Shown: one piece after another, positions 19,170-28,961 of the stretch
How the letters are laid out: each line of letters starts with the position of its first letter
How positions within the stretch are numbered: the first letter of the stretch is position 1
DNA from: Candidatus Bathyarchaeota archaeon
Lineage (GTDB): Archaea > Thermoproteota > Bathyarchaeia > TCS64
NCBI GenBank assembly: GCA_016783485.1
Contig: JADHWM010000001.1
Span: 10,181 to 74,180, forward strand
Length of the DNA: 64,000 nucleotides
Direction of reading: 5' to 3'
The notes under the pieces: generated by a model
The model's input: only the letters and a program-made list of their open reading frames with translations
What the model was told of the DNA's origin: nothing
Database searches by the model: none
Translations under genes and position numbers: made by a program

Positions 19170-19235
19170 ACCCTTTGCACAATGCCCCGTACACCGGGGC
19201 TTTTTTCGTTTTATCCCTGAAAGAAAAAGAGAGGA
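19170..19235. terminator. Bidirectional terminator region between convergent metV and mer
   Basis: Hairpin ccccgtacaccgggg followed by cttttttcgtttt on the + strand; on the minus strand ctctctttttctttc. Confidence 0.4.
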
Positions 19236-20240
19236 TTATGGATGCTCCTTGAAGTGGGGCAGCACCTCGAACCCGAAGAGGTTGATCGAAGACCTGATAT
19301 TCGGTCCCAAGGGCGAACCTGTGACGAAGTGTGTGATCCCGGTCTTGAACAGGGATGCGATCTTCTCGGTGCACTGTTCCGGCGAGCCGCAGACTGCGAA
19401 AGCGTCGATCATTGTATCGTTGACGGCCCCAAATGCTGCCCCCCATTCACGGTTAGCGAGGGCACTCCGGATGCTCTCGGCGGTCTCCACGGGAATACCG
19501 TGCTTCTCCAGGATAAAGGGAGGACTCCCAGCCACTATGTAGGCGACTACAGGGATCACCGGCTTTCTCGCCTTCTTCTCGGTCTCGGCGACTGAAAACG
19601 AGGTGTATGCGGCGATGTCAACTTCTTTGGGATCTCTCCCTTTCTTCTCGGCTCCCTTCCGGATCAGCGTCACGGCTCTCTCGATGTCGTCGGGATGCGA
19701 TGCGTTGATCAATGCTCCGTCCCCGATGGCTCCCGCCAGTTGGAGCATTTGGGGCCCCTGAGCTCCGATGTAGATGGGGATGCTCTCGTTTGCCCTGAAG
19801 TTGAACCTCGCTCCAGCCGTCGTGCTGAAGACTTTGCCATCGTAGTTGCCTTTCTCGCGGGCAATCTGTCGCCGGATGATCTCGACGGCCTCCCTCACTG
19901 TGCGGAGGGGGGCCTTCATCTCCACGCCCACCATCTCGAGAGTGGTCTTGTCGCCCGCCCCAATGCCGCAGATGACCCTGCCCGGGGCGACCTCGTTCAG
20001 GGAGGCTACACTCTGGGCAGTCATGGTGGGGTGGACGAGGTAGGGGTTGGTGACCCCTGGCCCCAGCTTGATCCTGTCGGTGTAGTTGGCTATAACGGTG
20101 AGGCTCACGTAGACGTTCCTGTTATTGAAGTGGTCGGTTATCCAGATGCTGTCATAACCTAGCCGCTCCGCTTGGATGGTGTAATAGGTTGTTCTCCAGA
20201 AAAGCTCCATCGGGACGAACTCGATTCCGAAACTCGTCAT
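19236..20240 (-). CDS. mer: F420-dependent 5,10-methylene-tetrahydromethanopterin reductase (Mer)
   Basis: Near-complete motif set of Mer: SFGIEFVP, DHFNN, KLGPGVTNPY, GIGAGDK, YIGAQGP, DGALINAS, VAAYTSFS, GSP.ILEKHGI, IDAFAVCGSP, VTGSPLGP, VLPHFKE. Confidence 0.85.
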   Translation of the reverse strand: MTSFGIEFVPMELFWRTTYYTIQAERLGYDSIWITDHFNNRNVYVSLTVIANYTDRIKLGPGVTNPYLVHPTMTAQSVASLNEVAPGRVICGIGAGDKTTLEMVGVEMKAPLRTVREAVEIIRRQIAREKGNYDGKVFSTTAGARFNFRANESIPIYIGAQGPQMLQLAGAIGDGALINASHPDDIERAVTLIRKGAEKKGRDPKEVDIAAYTSFSVAETEKKARKPVIPVVAYIVAGSPPFILEKHGIPVETAESIRSALANREWGAAFGAVNDTMIDAFAVCGSPEQCTEKIASLFKTGITHFVTGSPLGPNIRSSINLFGFEVLPHFKEHP

Positions 20241-20301
20241 TTTTCCACTATCCTCTAGGATAAAGAGTGGGAAGCGGTCTCAGCGTCGCCTATCGTCTCC
20301 C

Positions 20302-20589
20302 TCAGGAGCTGATAGCTAGCTTTATCTCCTCAAGGCCGAAATCGTCGATGACCCCAATGGCTCTCTCGGGGTCGGCTTCAACGACCGTCTTGAAGAGCGT
20401 CGTGAGACCCGCCTCGCTCGCGAGTTGATCCCTCTGCCAGTAATATAGGATTGTTTTCGCGACGGAACTAGGGATGGCATCTGATTCTTTCGCCTCGAGT
20501 AGTATGTCCATGAATTTTACAGAGAGAGGGTCTCTCATGGGCTTCGGGATGCTTCTCACTAACTCTCGGTACTCCATCTTCTTCACCAA
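20302..20589 (-). CDS. Hypothetical protein (95 aa)
   Basis: ORF with typical codon bias; no recognisable motif. Confidence 0.3.
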   Translation of the reverse strand: MVKKMEYRELVRSIPKPMRDPLSVKFMDILLEAKESDAIPSSVAKTILYYWQRDQLASEAGLTTLFKTVVEADPERAIGVIDDFGLEEIKLAISS

Positions 20590-20828
20590 TTAATATTAGA
20601 CTTTTGTTATTTTCAAAGCTATCTATCTATTGATAGTTCGTTTTTCGAACTTTCAATGATTTTTTCGACAATACGTGTTCCCTATTCTAGCGTCAAGTGT
20701 ATCAAAACGAGAAAATGTTTATACAGTATTTACTAATTATTATTTATAAGGGTGATATGAGAATATTGCACGGAAAAATAAATCTCATCACTCCAAATGT
20801 AATTTTCATAAATCAATGGTGATGAAAA
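20590..20828. promoter_or_regulatory. Very AT-rich (~30% GC) divergent promoter/operator region upstream of lrp
   Basis: Multiple TATA-like elements and the palindrome gttcg-ttttt-cgaac; likely Lrp autoregulatory site. Confidence 0.4.
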
Positions 20829-21275
20829 ATGAGCATCGATAGGTTGGATCTTAAAATCATCAGGTCCCTGAGTGGGAACGCTAGGAAGCCGTTCAAGACG
20901 ATCGCAAAGGAGATCGATGTCAGTGACGCTACCGTCAGGAAGAGGGTGAAAAGGATGCTTGAAGACGGAGTCATCAAACAGTTCAACCTCCTCCTCGATT
21001 ACCATAAGTTGGGCAGGATTATCAAGGCCTTCATCGGCCTCCAGATCAACCCTCAGAGGCTGAAACCCATCGTCGAGCACCTCAAGGGAAACCCGGACAT
21101 CCAGGTGCTGTACCGGACGACGGGGAACGTGAACCTGTTCCTCGAGGTGATCTTCAGGGACATGGAGGAGCTCAACGATTTCCTCGAGACGGAGCTCAGC
21201 GTCGAGGGCATCATAGGAACCGAAGTCTCGGTTGTGATTGGCCCATACAAGAGGTGCCCGTGTACCGGTCTATGA
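20829..21275 (+). CDS. lrp: Lrp/AsnC-family transcriptional regulator
   Basis: LDLKIIRSLSGNARKPFKTIAKEIDVSDATVRKRVKRMLEDGVI HTH plus RAM domain. Confidence 0.85.
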   Translation: MSIDRLDLKIIRSLSGNARKPFKTIAKEIDVSDATVRKRVKRMLEDGVIKQFNLLLDYHKLGRIIKAFIGLQINPQRLKPIVEHLKGNPDIQVLYRTTGNVNLFLEVIFRDMEELNDFLETELSVEGIIGTEVSVVIGPYKRCPCTGL

Positions 21276-21863
21276 CCGGCCCCAGACTTGTGCCTTGTCC
21301 TTCTCCTTGCTCAGGACGTGGACATCCCCCGAACGGGTCTGGTGTAGCTTGAACTCGGCTCCTAAGAGGTTCTCGAGATATCCTCTCAGATAAGCCATGG
21401 AAACGCCCAGGAACTCTACCATTATGACGTCGCCATCGCGGGTGAATTTTCCCCATCCCAGATTCTCTAGCTCGCTGAGGATGATGTCCCAGTTGTCGGT
21501 CTCCCTGAAGTCGATTTCTGGGTCCATGGGATCTATCATCCTCCTCTTAAGGGCGCTGACCCGCGCGAGGTTGTAGAGCTTGTCCTTGCTCATCGATGTG
21601 AAGATGTCTCGGAGCATGCTCTGGCCCATGAGGAGAACCCTCTCGGTCCCCGTCCTGTACACATATGGGAGCCAGTCTTGCATATTCAGCTTCTTGTAGA
21701 TGCGGAGGGCTGCGAGGGCGGCGTCCTCCCTGTTCCTGACGAGTTTATTCTTCTCTAGGAATTTCAGGTACCTATCGAGATCGTCATCTAGGGGGATGGT
21801 GATATCATTTAGGTCTTTAGACCACCTCTGTTCCTTGTATTTCTTCATCTCGTCAGGCTTCAA
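21270..21863 (-). CDS. Hypothetical protein (197 aa)
   Basis: ORF convergent with lrp; no recognisable motifs. Confidence 0.35.
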   Translation of the reverse strand: MKPDEMKKYKEQRWSKDLNDITIPLDDDLDRYLKFLEKNKLVRNREDAALAALRIYKKLNMQDWLPYVYRTGTERVLLMGQSMLRDIFTSMSKDKLYNLARVSALKRRMIDPMDPEIDFRETDNWDIILSELENLGWGKFTRDGDVIMVEFLGVSMAYLRGYLENLLGAEFKLHQTRSGDVHVLSKEKDKAQVWGRS

Positions 21864-21894
21864 CCGGATGTTGGTTTTAACTCTTACTTATGAA

Positions 21895-23148
21895 TCATTT
21901 CCCCATCTTATTCCTTACCACAGTCAGGAGACGCCTCGCTATCTCATCCTTGCTAGTGACGTGGATGTGCTCCACGACGCTTTCCGCTGCGATGATGAAC
22001 GCCTCGTTGGTGTCGTGGCCGAAGCCCACTTTTGCCCTGCCGACATCGTTGGCTACGATAAGGTCCATCCCCCCGGACTCCATCCTGGCTTGGGCCTTCT
22101 TTATGAGCTCCTCGTCGGATACACCGAACTCCGCCTTAAAACCAACAAGGAATATTCCGGGAGTTACCTTCTTCACCTTGTCGATGATCTTGGGCCTGGA
22201 GACGAGGTCGATCCGCCAGCTCTCCAAGCTAGAGGAGGTCTTCACCATGTCTCTTTTCTCGGGGCCAAAGTCGGCGGCCGCAGCCGAGAAGACTGCGAGA
22301 TCGTATCGGGAGCCCTCAAGCTCTCCCACAACAGCGTCAAGCATCTCGGTCGTCGTCTCGATGGGGACCACCTTAGCACCGAGGGGGGGCTTCGCGGAGC
22401 CTGGGCCATAAACGAGGGTCACCTCCCCTCCCCTCCTCAGCGCCTCCCTGGCAACGGCGACCCCCATCTTGCCCGAGCTCGGGTTGGTGATGAATCTGAA
22501 TCCGTCGAGGTACTCCCTCGTGGGTCCCGCGGTCACCAGGACCCGCACTCCCTCGTAATCCTTCAGCTCAGTGAGCTTCGAGATCACGGCCTCGACTATC
22601 TCCCCCGTGGTGGGTATCTTGGCCTTCTCCTCCTCGAATCGGGGCATGAGTACCTCGACTCCGATGGATCTCAGCTTCTCCACGTTCTCCATCACGATGG
22701 GGTGGCGGTACATGGAGGCATGCATCGCCGGGGCGATGAGGATAGGGATCCCGGCGCCGATGGCTGTGGTGAGCAGCGTGGTGACGGGTGTGTCGTCGAT
22801 GGCCGTGGCCGCCTTCCCGATGGTGTTGGCCGTGCTCGGGGCCACCAGGATGAGGTCGGCCCTGTCGGGGTGCTCCCCTCCCAGGGTGACGTGCTCCGTC
22901 TCCCCCGTGAGCTCCGTGACCACGGGGTTCCCCGTGGACCACTCCATCATGTAGGGGTGGATGATCTTCTGGGCCATCTCGGTCATCACGGTGTAGACCT
23001 CCGCCCCGTGGCGCATCAGCTCCCGTGCGATCTCGGGGCTCTTGATCGCGGCGACGCTGCCCGTCATGCAGAGGACGATCTTCTTGCCATTCAGTTCGTC
23101 GCCTTTGGTTCCGATGATCTCCTTGGAGGTGTGCTCGCCGAGTCTCAT
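21895..23148 (-). CDS. coaBC: Bifunctional phosphopantothenoylcysteine decarboxylase / phosphopantothenate-cysteine ligase
   Basis: N-terminal flavoprotein domain (CMTGSVAAIKSPEIARELMRHGAEVYTVMT) plus C-terminal CoaB ligase domain. Confidence 0.85.
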   Translation of the reverse strand: MRLGEHTSKEIIGTKGDELNGKKIVLCMTGSVAAIKSPEIARELMRHGAEVYTVMTEMAQKIIHPYMMEWSTGNPVVTELTGETEHVTLGGEHPDRADLILVAPSTANTIGKAATAIDDTPVTTLLTTAIGAGIPILIAPAMHASMYRHPIVMENVEKLRSIGVEVLMPRFEEEKAKIPTTGEIVEAVISKLTELKDYEGVRVLVTAGPTREYLDGFRFITNPSSGKMGVAVAREALRRGGEVTLVYGPGSAKPPLGAKVVPIETTTEMLDAVVGELEGSRYDLAVFSAAAADFGPEKRDMVKTSSSLESWRIDLVSRPKIIDKVKKVTPGIFLVGFKAEFGVSDEELIKKAQARMESGGMDLIVANDVGRAKVGFGHDTNEAFIIAAESVVEHIHVTSKDEIARRLLTVVRNKMGK

Positions 23149-23218
23149 GTTCCCTCAGCCTCGCTAGGGGGGGATATAGATATTAATGTTTCAGCGTGGA
23201 CGCAGGCTCGAACAGTCT

Positions 23219-23359
23219 TTAGGTCAAGGCGCTGAGCTGCTCGTCGAGCTCGCTTAACTGTTCCTGGATCTCCTCAAGGCGCTCCTCGAACCCCTCTATC
23301 TTGTCGAGGATCAGGCGGATCTCTGCCTCAATGTCGGCCAGTTTTTTCTCGACGCTCAT
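23219..23359 (-). CDS. 46-aa coiled-coil ORF (MSVEKKLADIEAEIRLILDKIEGFEERLEEIQEQLSELDEQLSALT)
   Basis: Clean ATG to TAA ORF between coaBC and the NTase gene; not in supplied track (under 60 aa). Confidence 0.25.
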   Translation of the reverse strand: MSVEKKLADIEAEIRLILDKIEGFEERLEEIQEQLSELDEQLSALT

Positions 23360-23404
23360 CTTATCGCATCGTTCTGAAAAACTCTGTACTCGATTTAAAT
23401 TTTG

Positions 23405-24493
23405 TCACTGAGCGTCAATCGGTTTCAGGACTTGGTCGAAGTATTCTCGACCGTAGCTCAGGGCGATCTGGTGGAAGCTCCCGTTCCTCGTCTCGACCTC
23501 CTCGAGGTTGCCTCGAACCACGATGCGCTCCCCCGTCTCTACTTGGAGCCTGAACTCCTCGACATACGAGACCACCCTGATGATCTCGCCGGGATCTATG
23601 TTGCCCTCGATCTCCTCGAGCCTAACCGGGTAGATGGAGGGCATGAATCCGCCCTCGTCACCGGAGATGACCTCCCCCTCGGCTTCGACCCTCCCTAGTT
23701 CCCGGATACTGAGGGTATCGTCGTATTCGTTTGTTATCTCGTCCCACCTCCTGACGGGCTCGAACTCGATCTTCACCTCCCTCCCCAGGAGCTCCGCATC
23801 ATGCACAGCGTAGATCTTTTTGCATCTCTGATGCCGGCCATAGTCCTCCTTGGAGAGGTGTTTGAAATTCCAGTGTGCAGGGGGGTCGAGGGGGGTCCAG
23901 CCGTCGAACTCGTTCCTGAGAGAATCTCCCTTGTATAGTTCCGTGAGGGTTGCTCGCAGCTCACGGAGCTCCTCCATGCCATAGATGACTAGGTCCACGT
24001 CGCTGAACAGCGGGTTATGGAAGCTGTGGGCGAGGGAGCCGAAGACCCCGAAATCCGAAGCTTTCAAGCTTGAGGACTCCGTGATGAGGTCGATTATCTC
24101 GACGCAGGTCCTCTGGAGAGCATCTCCATCCATCTTCATCAGCTCCGCCAGCCTCTCGTCTGGGCGCACGACTCTGGAGATCTCCCCCTCTCTTACGCCT
24201 ACCATGTCTCGGGAGAGGGCCGCGTGATGAAGTTTGAAGGGGGGCTCCTGGTTGAGAGCAAACTTGAGGCCGCCGTCGAAGTAGAACTTGTAGTGCTTCG
24301 TGGGGAGACCGTCCCTGAGGGCTCGGGGCTCTCTTGTAGTGTACAGGGTTTCCGGGGCGTACTCCAGGTCGCAGAAACAGGAGTCGCGGGGATGATCGTA
24401 GCCGTATGTCCTGAAGATGAGACCATTGAGGGTCACTGGTGCGTCTCTGTCACGAAACTTCATTTCGAGCCCTCGGAAAGCATTCGCATCCAT
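23405..24493 (-). CDS. Pol-beta-superfamily nucleotidyltransferase-fold protein, three-domain (function unknown)
   Basis: FGVFGSLAHSFHNPLFSDVDLVIYG matches hG[GS]...Dh[DE]h in mid-protein; roughly 150-aa N-terminal and 150-aa C-terminal (possible OB-like) domains. Confidence 0.45.
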   Translation of the reverse strand: MDANAFRGLEMKFRDRDAPVTLNGLIFRTYGYDHPRDSCFCDLEYAPETLYTTREPRALRDGLPTKHYKFYFDGGLKFALNQEPPFKLHHAALSRDMVGVREGEISRVVRPDERLAELMKMDGDALQRTCVEIIDLITESSSLKASDFGVFGSLAHSFHNPLFSDVDLVIYGMEELRELRATLTELYKGDSLRNEFDGWTPLDPPAHWNFKHLSKEDYGRHQRCKKIYAVHDAELLGREVKIEFEPVRRWDEITNEYDDTLSIRELGRVEAEGEVISGDEGGFMPSIYPVRLEEIEGNIDPGEIIRVVSYVEEFRLQVETGERIVVRGNLEEVETRNGSFHQIALSYGREYFDQVLKPIDAQ

Positions 24494-24551
24494 CAGAATG
24501 GCGTCTGTGTAGATAACTCAATATGGATGCGAAGGGAAGCTATTTTCAGCT

Positions 24552-25046
24552 TCAATCTTTTCTAGCCATGTTGATTTCATTGACGTACCAGGCCGTGTCC
24601 TCTTGGACAAAGTCCTTAACATCGATCCGGACAGGCTGGCCATCCTCGTCGAGGAGGACCACCTCGCTTATCTCGGAGTTGATGATCTTCCTCTTGCACC
24701 TCTGGCAGGGATCGGCCCGGGTGTATCCGCCGTCGGGGTTCAGGCCGGCGATATATAGCCTCGCCCCGATCCTGTCGCTGCGGCTGGAGTTGATGATGGC
24801 GTTCTCCTCGGCGTGGACCGCTGGGCACAGATCATAGGCCTCGTTGGCGGGGAGGTTCTTCATGTCCTTGATGCACCCCACCTCGTAGCAGTTGATGACC
24901 CCCCGGGCGTTACCATTGTACCCTGTCCCCACAATAGAATTGCCGTTGACGAGGACCGCACCGAACTTGCGCCTCAGGCACGTGGAACGGGCGGCGACCG
25001 AGAGGGCGATGTCTAAAAAGTACTTCGTCTTATCGGGCCTATCCAA
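24552..25046 (-). CDS. dCMP deaminase (cytidine/deoxycytidylate deaminase family)
   Basis: CAVHAEENAIIN zinc motif plus PCQRCKRKIINS. Confidence 0.75.
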   Translation of the reverse strand: MDRPDKTKYFLDIALSVAARSTCLRRKFGAVLVNGNSIVGTGYNGNARGVINCYEVGCIKDMKNLPANEAYDLCPAVHAEENAIINSSRSDRIGARLYIAGLNPDGGYTRADPCQRCKRKIINSEISEVVLLDEDGQPVRIDVKDFVQEDTAWYVNEINMARKD

Positions 25047-25296
25047 CTCGGAGCCTCAGCATCCATTTGTTCCATACTTGTTTAAAAACTCTTGAGGTGA
25101 ACCCGCCTACAGGGCGCAGCGCTGCCATAGGCTCCTCTATAATAGATTATTTCTCCATAAAATCTTATTAGCGGCAAGACGACGGACATCCAAGGAAAAA
25201 AGGACATATCTCCCTTCCGCTCCTTTTTCCCTTACTTCTCTATCACCTGCGGGGGTTTTATTATGTTTCTAGGATAGTGACAGAGGGAGACTCACA

Positions 25297-25917
25297 ATGG
25301 GCAACTCTATGAAAATCCTGTTAACAGGCTTCGAGCCGTTCGGGGAGAGCACCGTAAACCCCTCGATCTCGGCCTGCAGGAGGTTGGAGGGCAAGGGGGT
25401 GGATGGGTTCGAGATCGTCGTCGAGGAGATTCCCCTGCGTTTCCACGAGATCAGGAGCGCCATCGAGGAACATATCGCACGCCTCGACCCCGCCGCCGTC
25501 ATCTGCACCGGTCAATCCGGTCGAGCATCCATATCCCTTGAGAGAGTGGCGATCAACGTCGCCGACGCCAGGATACCTTACAACTGCGGCACGCAGCCCG
25601 TGGATAAGCGCCTCAACGGAGAAGGCCCCGCAGCATACTTTAGCGGTCTCCCCCTGAGGGATATCTTCGAGGCTCTGAAGGAAGCCAAGGTCCCCGCGGC
25701 CATCTCCAACTCAGCAGGAACCTTCGGATGCAACCAGATATTCTACCACCTGATGGATTACAGGTCCCGGTTGGGCCTCGAGATTCCTGCAGGATTCATC
25801 CACGTCCCGTGCCTCCCCGAGCAGGCCGTCAACAAGGAGACGCCGAGCATGGCTCTCGATCTCACGGTGAAAGCTCTGGAGATCGCCGTATCGACGGTTG
25901 CCTCTGAGATCACCTGA
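25297..25917 (+). CDS. pcp: Pyrrolidone-carboxylate peptidase (pyroglutamyl-peptidase I)
   Basis: MKILLTGFEPFGES N-terminus and the catalytic-Cys region GTFGCNQIFY. Confidence 0.85.
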   Translation: MGNSMKILLTGFEPFGESTVNPSISACRRLEGKGVDGFEIVVEEIPLRFHEIRSAIEEHIARLDPAAVICTGQSGRASISLERVAINVADARIPYNCGTQPVDKRLNGEGPAAYFSGLPLRDIFEALKEAKVPAAISNSAGTFGCNQIFYHLMDYRSRLGLEIPAGFIHVPCLPEQAVNKETPSMALDLTVKALEIAVSTVASEIT

Positions 25918-25956
25918 TAAAAGAAAAAAGGAGGTAAATGCCTCCTATCGGGGATT

Positions 25957-26529
25957 CTAGACTGAAGTAGGTTTTGCTATGATCTCCTTCACGTAGAGAT
26001 CGAACATTGTGTGGAGGTGGCTGGGCTTCAGCACCACCGCGGTGTCCGCGCCCCTCCCCGAGCCGGCTATGGAGATGATGTCCCGGTCCATGGGTATTAG
26101 ACCAGCGTCGGCGGCCATGTAGGCACACTCCACCACCACCTTCATGCCCTGCCCGAACATCCTCAGTGTCTGGGCCACGATCGCCGCGGGACCGACGGTG
26201 TCGAACTTTCCCCTCATGGCCCTGCTGACCCCGGCGAAGGCGTGGCTCGTGGTGAGGACCTTACCGCCGTTGGCTTCGATCTCCTCGTGGCTCTCGTCGG
26301 AGAGCTCCTGCTTACCGGGCTCCCTGAACCCCGTGGTGTGGGTGACCACGACGAGGTTGTATCCCTTGAAGACCTCGGACGCCTTGACTCCGGTAGGTCC
26401 TCGAGTCGAGGCGACGACAATATCCTTGATCCCGAGCTCATCAGCCCGTTTCTTGGAGACCCTCAGGGTCTCCTCCGTGTTCTCCTCCCCAATCTTTTCG
26501 AAGTATAGAATGGATTTCTCAGTTGTCAT
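25957..26529 (-). CDS. Pyruvate kinase C-terminal domain-like protein, paralog 2
   Basis: MTTEKSILYFEKIGEENTEE...DIVVASTRGPTGVK...NLVVVTH; paralog of 8903..9481. Confidence 0.55.
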   Translation of the reverse strand: MTTEKSILYFEKIGEENTEETLRVSKKRADELGIKDIVVASTRGPTGVKASEVFKGYNLVVVTHTTGFREPGKQELSDESHEEIEANGGKVLTTSHAFAGVSRAMRGKFDTVGPAAIVAQTLRMFGQGMKVVVECAYMAADAGLIPMDRDIISIAGSGRGADTAVVLKPSHLHTMFDLYVKEIIAKPTSV

Positions 26530-26651
26530 TGTTATCGGGGGATGCATTGGACATCCGATATAAAAGGTTTCGCAAGACCGCATATCCAGCTGAAGCCTGC
26601 CCCTCCATGGTTTAATATCACCATGCAACATTATCTTGCCGAAGGGCTGGA

Positions 26652-28919
26652 GTGTTGAGGGTCTCCGAGCTAGATGTACCCGAGGAAATCAAGGAGCTCC
26701 TATACTCCAGAGGATTCGACGAGTTGTATCCTCCTCAAGCTGAGGCAATCGAGGCAGGGGTGTTGGATGGCAAGAGCCTAGTCATGGCGAGCCCCACGGC
26801 CAGTGGCAAGACCCTCGTCGCCGAGCTCTGCGCCTTCAAGCACATCATAGAGAGAGGGGGCAAGGTCCTCTATCTCGTACCCCTCAGGGCCCTGGCCTCG
26901 GAGAAATACGAGGAGTTCCAGGCCTACTCCAAGCTCACGAAGCGGGACGGAAGGAAGATCAGGGTCGGTGTCAGCACCGGTGACCTTGACAGCAGGACGA
27001 GTTGGCTCGGTGATTATGACATCGTGGTGACCACCAACGAAAAGTGCGACTCCCTCCTCCGGCACAGGTCTCCCTGGATGGAGGCTGTCTCCTTGGTCAT
27101 TGTCGACGAGGTCCACCTTATCGGGAACGACCGGGGGCCCACCCTGGAGGTCGCTATCGCCAGGCTTCGGCAGTTGATGCCAGATCTCCAGATCCTCGCC
27201 CTCAGCGCCACGATCAGGAACGCCGACGAGGTCGCAGAGTGGCTCAACGCGGAGTGGATCGAGACCGACTGGAGGCCCGTCCCTCTCCTTGAGGGGGTGG
27301 CCCTCAACGATAGGATCATCTTCAATGACGGATCCATCAAAGGGCTCAAGCCCCTCAACAGGCTCGACCCCATCAACATCGCGATGAACTCGGTCCTAGA
27401 CGGGGGACAGAGCCTGATCTTCGTGGAGAGCCGTCGGCGCGCCCAGAGCGTCGCGAGGGAGGCGGGCAACGCCCTCAGGGGATCCCACAGGAAGAGAGCG
27501 GAGGTGAAGCTCCAAGAGATCTCCTCAAATATCTCAGCCAGGGGAGAGAAGACCCGCCTATCCGACGACCTCGCCTCCGCCGTGGCGGGGGGCGCCGCAT
27601 TCCACCACGCAGGCCTGAGCTCCGCCCACCGCAGGATCATCGAGACGGCCTTCAAGGAGGGCTGGATCAAGATCCTCTCAGCAACCCCTACCCTAGCGGC
27701 CGGTGTCAACCTCCCGGCGAGGACAGCGGTCATCGCGAGCTACCGGAGGTTCACCCCGGGCTACGGGATGTACCCCATCTCGGTGCTCGAGTACAAGCAG
27801 ATGAGCGGGAGGGCGGGGAGGCCCCAGTACGACGATGCCGGGGAGGCGGTCCTCATCGCGTCGAGCTCCGACGAGCAGGACGCCCTCATGGAGAACTACG
27901 TCGCCGCGAAGCCGGAGAGGCTCTTCAGCAGGCTCGCCCAGGAGGCGGCAATACGGGGCCACACCCTCGCCGCGATCGCCTCCGACTACGCCCACAGTGA
28001 GCCGGGGCTCATCGACTTCTTCGGGCAGACTTTCTACGGTTACCACTACCCCATGGGGAACATCAAGCTCATCCTCGCCGGGATACTGAGCTACCTCCGC
28101 CGGGAGGACATGATCCAGTACAAGGGAGACTACATCTACGCCACCGACTTCGGACGCAGGGTCTCCGAGCTATATATCGACCCCCTCTCCGCTGTGGTCC
28201 TGAGGGACGGGCTCAGGGAGGACGGCGTCAACTTCACCGACATCACATGGCTCCACCTCATATGCCACACCCCGGACATGCGCCCCAAGCTCAGGCCCAG
28301 GAGGGGTGAAATGGATGCAGTCGAGTCGTTCCTCGAGGAGCACCGCCACGAGTTGACTGTGAAACTCGCCTCGGACTACGACTACGTCGACTACGAGACC
28401 GCCCTAGGGGAGCTCAGGACCACCATGATCCTGAAGGCATGGATCGACGAGACCTCCGAGAACGACCTATTCGAGAAATATCGCGTCGCCCCAGGGGACA
28501 GGTACAGCGCAGTCCACAACGCAGACTGGCTCCTATACGCAGCCTACGAGCTCGCCAGGGTCCTCGGGACAGACGAACACAGGGGCCACCTCCGGAGGCT
28601 AAGGGACAGGGTGAGGTATGGCGTCACTGAGAAGCTCCTCCCCCTAGTGCGCCTCCAGGGCATAGGGAGGGTCCGGGCCAAGGTCCTCTACAACTCGGGC
28701 TTCAAATCCGCCGCCAGCCTCAAGGCCGCCCCCCTGGCCAGGCTCGTTGAGATACCTCTGATCGGGCCGAGGCTCGCTAAGACTATTAAGGAGCAGGTGG
28801 GCGGGCTCGTGGACCAAGAGGAGTGGAAACGTCTCGACACGGACACCTCGGAGCAGCGCTCCATCACCGACTTCTTCGAGGAGGAGCCCCGGGAAACCGA
28901 GGAAACCCAAGAAGAGTAG
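26652..28919 (+). CDS. hel308: ATP-dependent DNA helicase Hel308 (Ski2-like, Hjm)
   Basis: SF2 motifs (ASPTASGKT, DEVH, SAT, HHAGL) plus winged-helix and C-terminal HhH domain 5. Confidence 0.85.
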   Translation: MLRVSELDVPEEIKELLYSRGFDELYPPQAEAIEAGVLDGKSLVMASPTASGKTLVAELCAFKHIIERGGKVLYLVPLRALASEKYEEFQAYSKLTKRDGRKIRVGVSTGDLDSRTSWLGDYDIVVTTNEKCDSLLRHRSPWMEAVSLVIVDEVHLIGNDRGPTLEVAIARLRQLMPDLQILALSATIRNADEVAEWLNAEWIETDWRPVPLLEGVALNDRIIFNDGSIKGLKPLNRLDPINIAMNSVLDGGQSLIFVESRRRAQSVAREAGNALRGSHRKRAEVKLQEISSNISARGEKTRLSDDLASAVAGGAAFHHAGLSSAHRRIIETAFKEGWIKILSATPTLAAGVNLPARTAVIASYRRFTPGYGMYPISVLEYKQMSGRAGRPQYDDAGEAVLIASSSDEQDALMENYVAAKPERLFSRLAQEAAIRGHTLAAIASDYAHSEPGLIDFFGQTFYGYHYPMGNIKLILAGILSYLRREDMIQYKGDYIYATDFGRRVSELYIDPLSAVVLRDGLREDGVNFTDITWLHLICHTPDMRPKLRPRRGEMDAVESFLEEHRHELTVKLASDYDYVDYETALGELRTTMILKAWIDETSENDLFEKYRVAPGDRYSAVHNADWLLYAAYELARVLGTDEHRGHLRRLRDRVRYGVTEKLLPLVRLQGIGRVRAKVLYNSGFKSAASLKAAPLARLVEIPLIGPRLAKTIKEQVGGLVDQEEWKRLDTDTSEQRSITDFFEEEPRETEETQEE

Positions 28920-28961
28920 CATTCAAAGATTTAATATATTCTAAATCTTAGAGAGAGTGAG

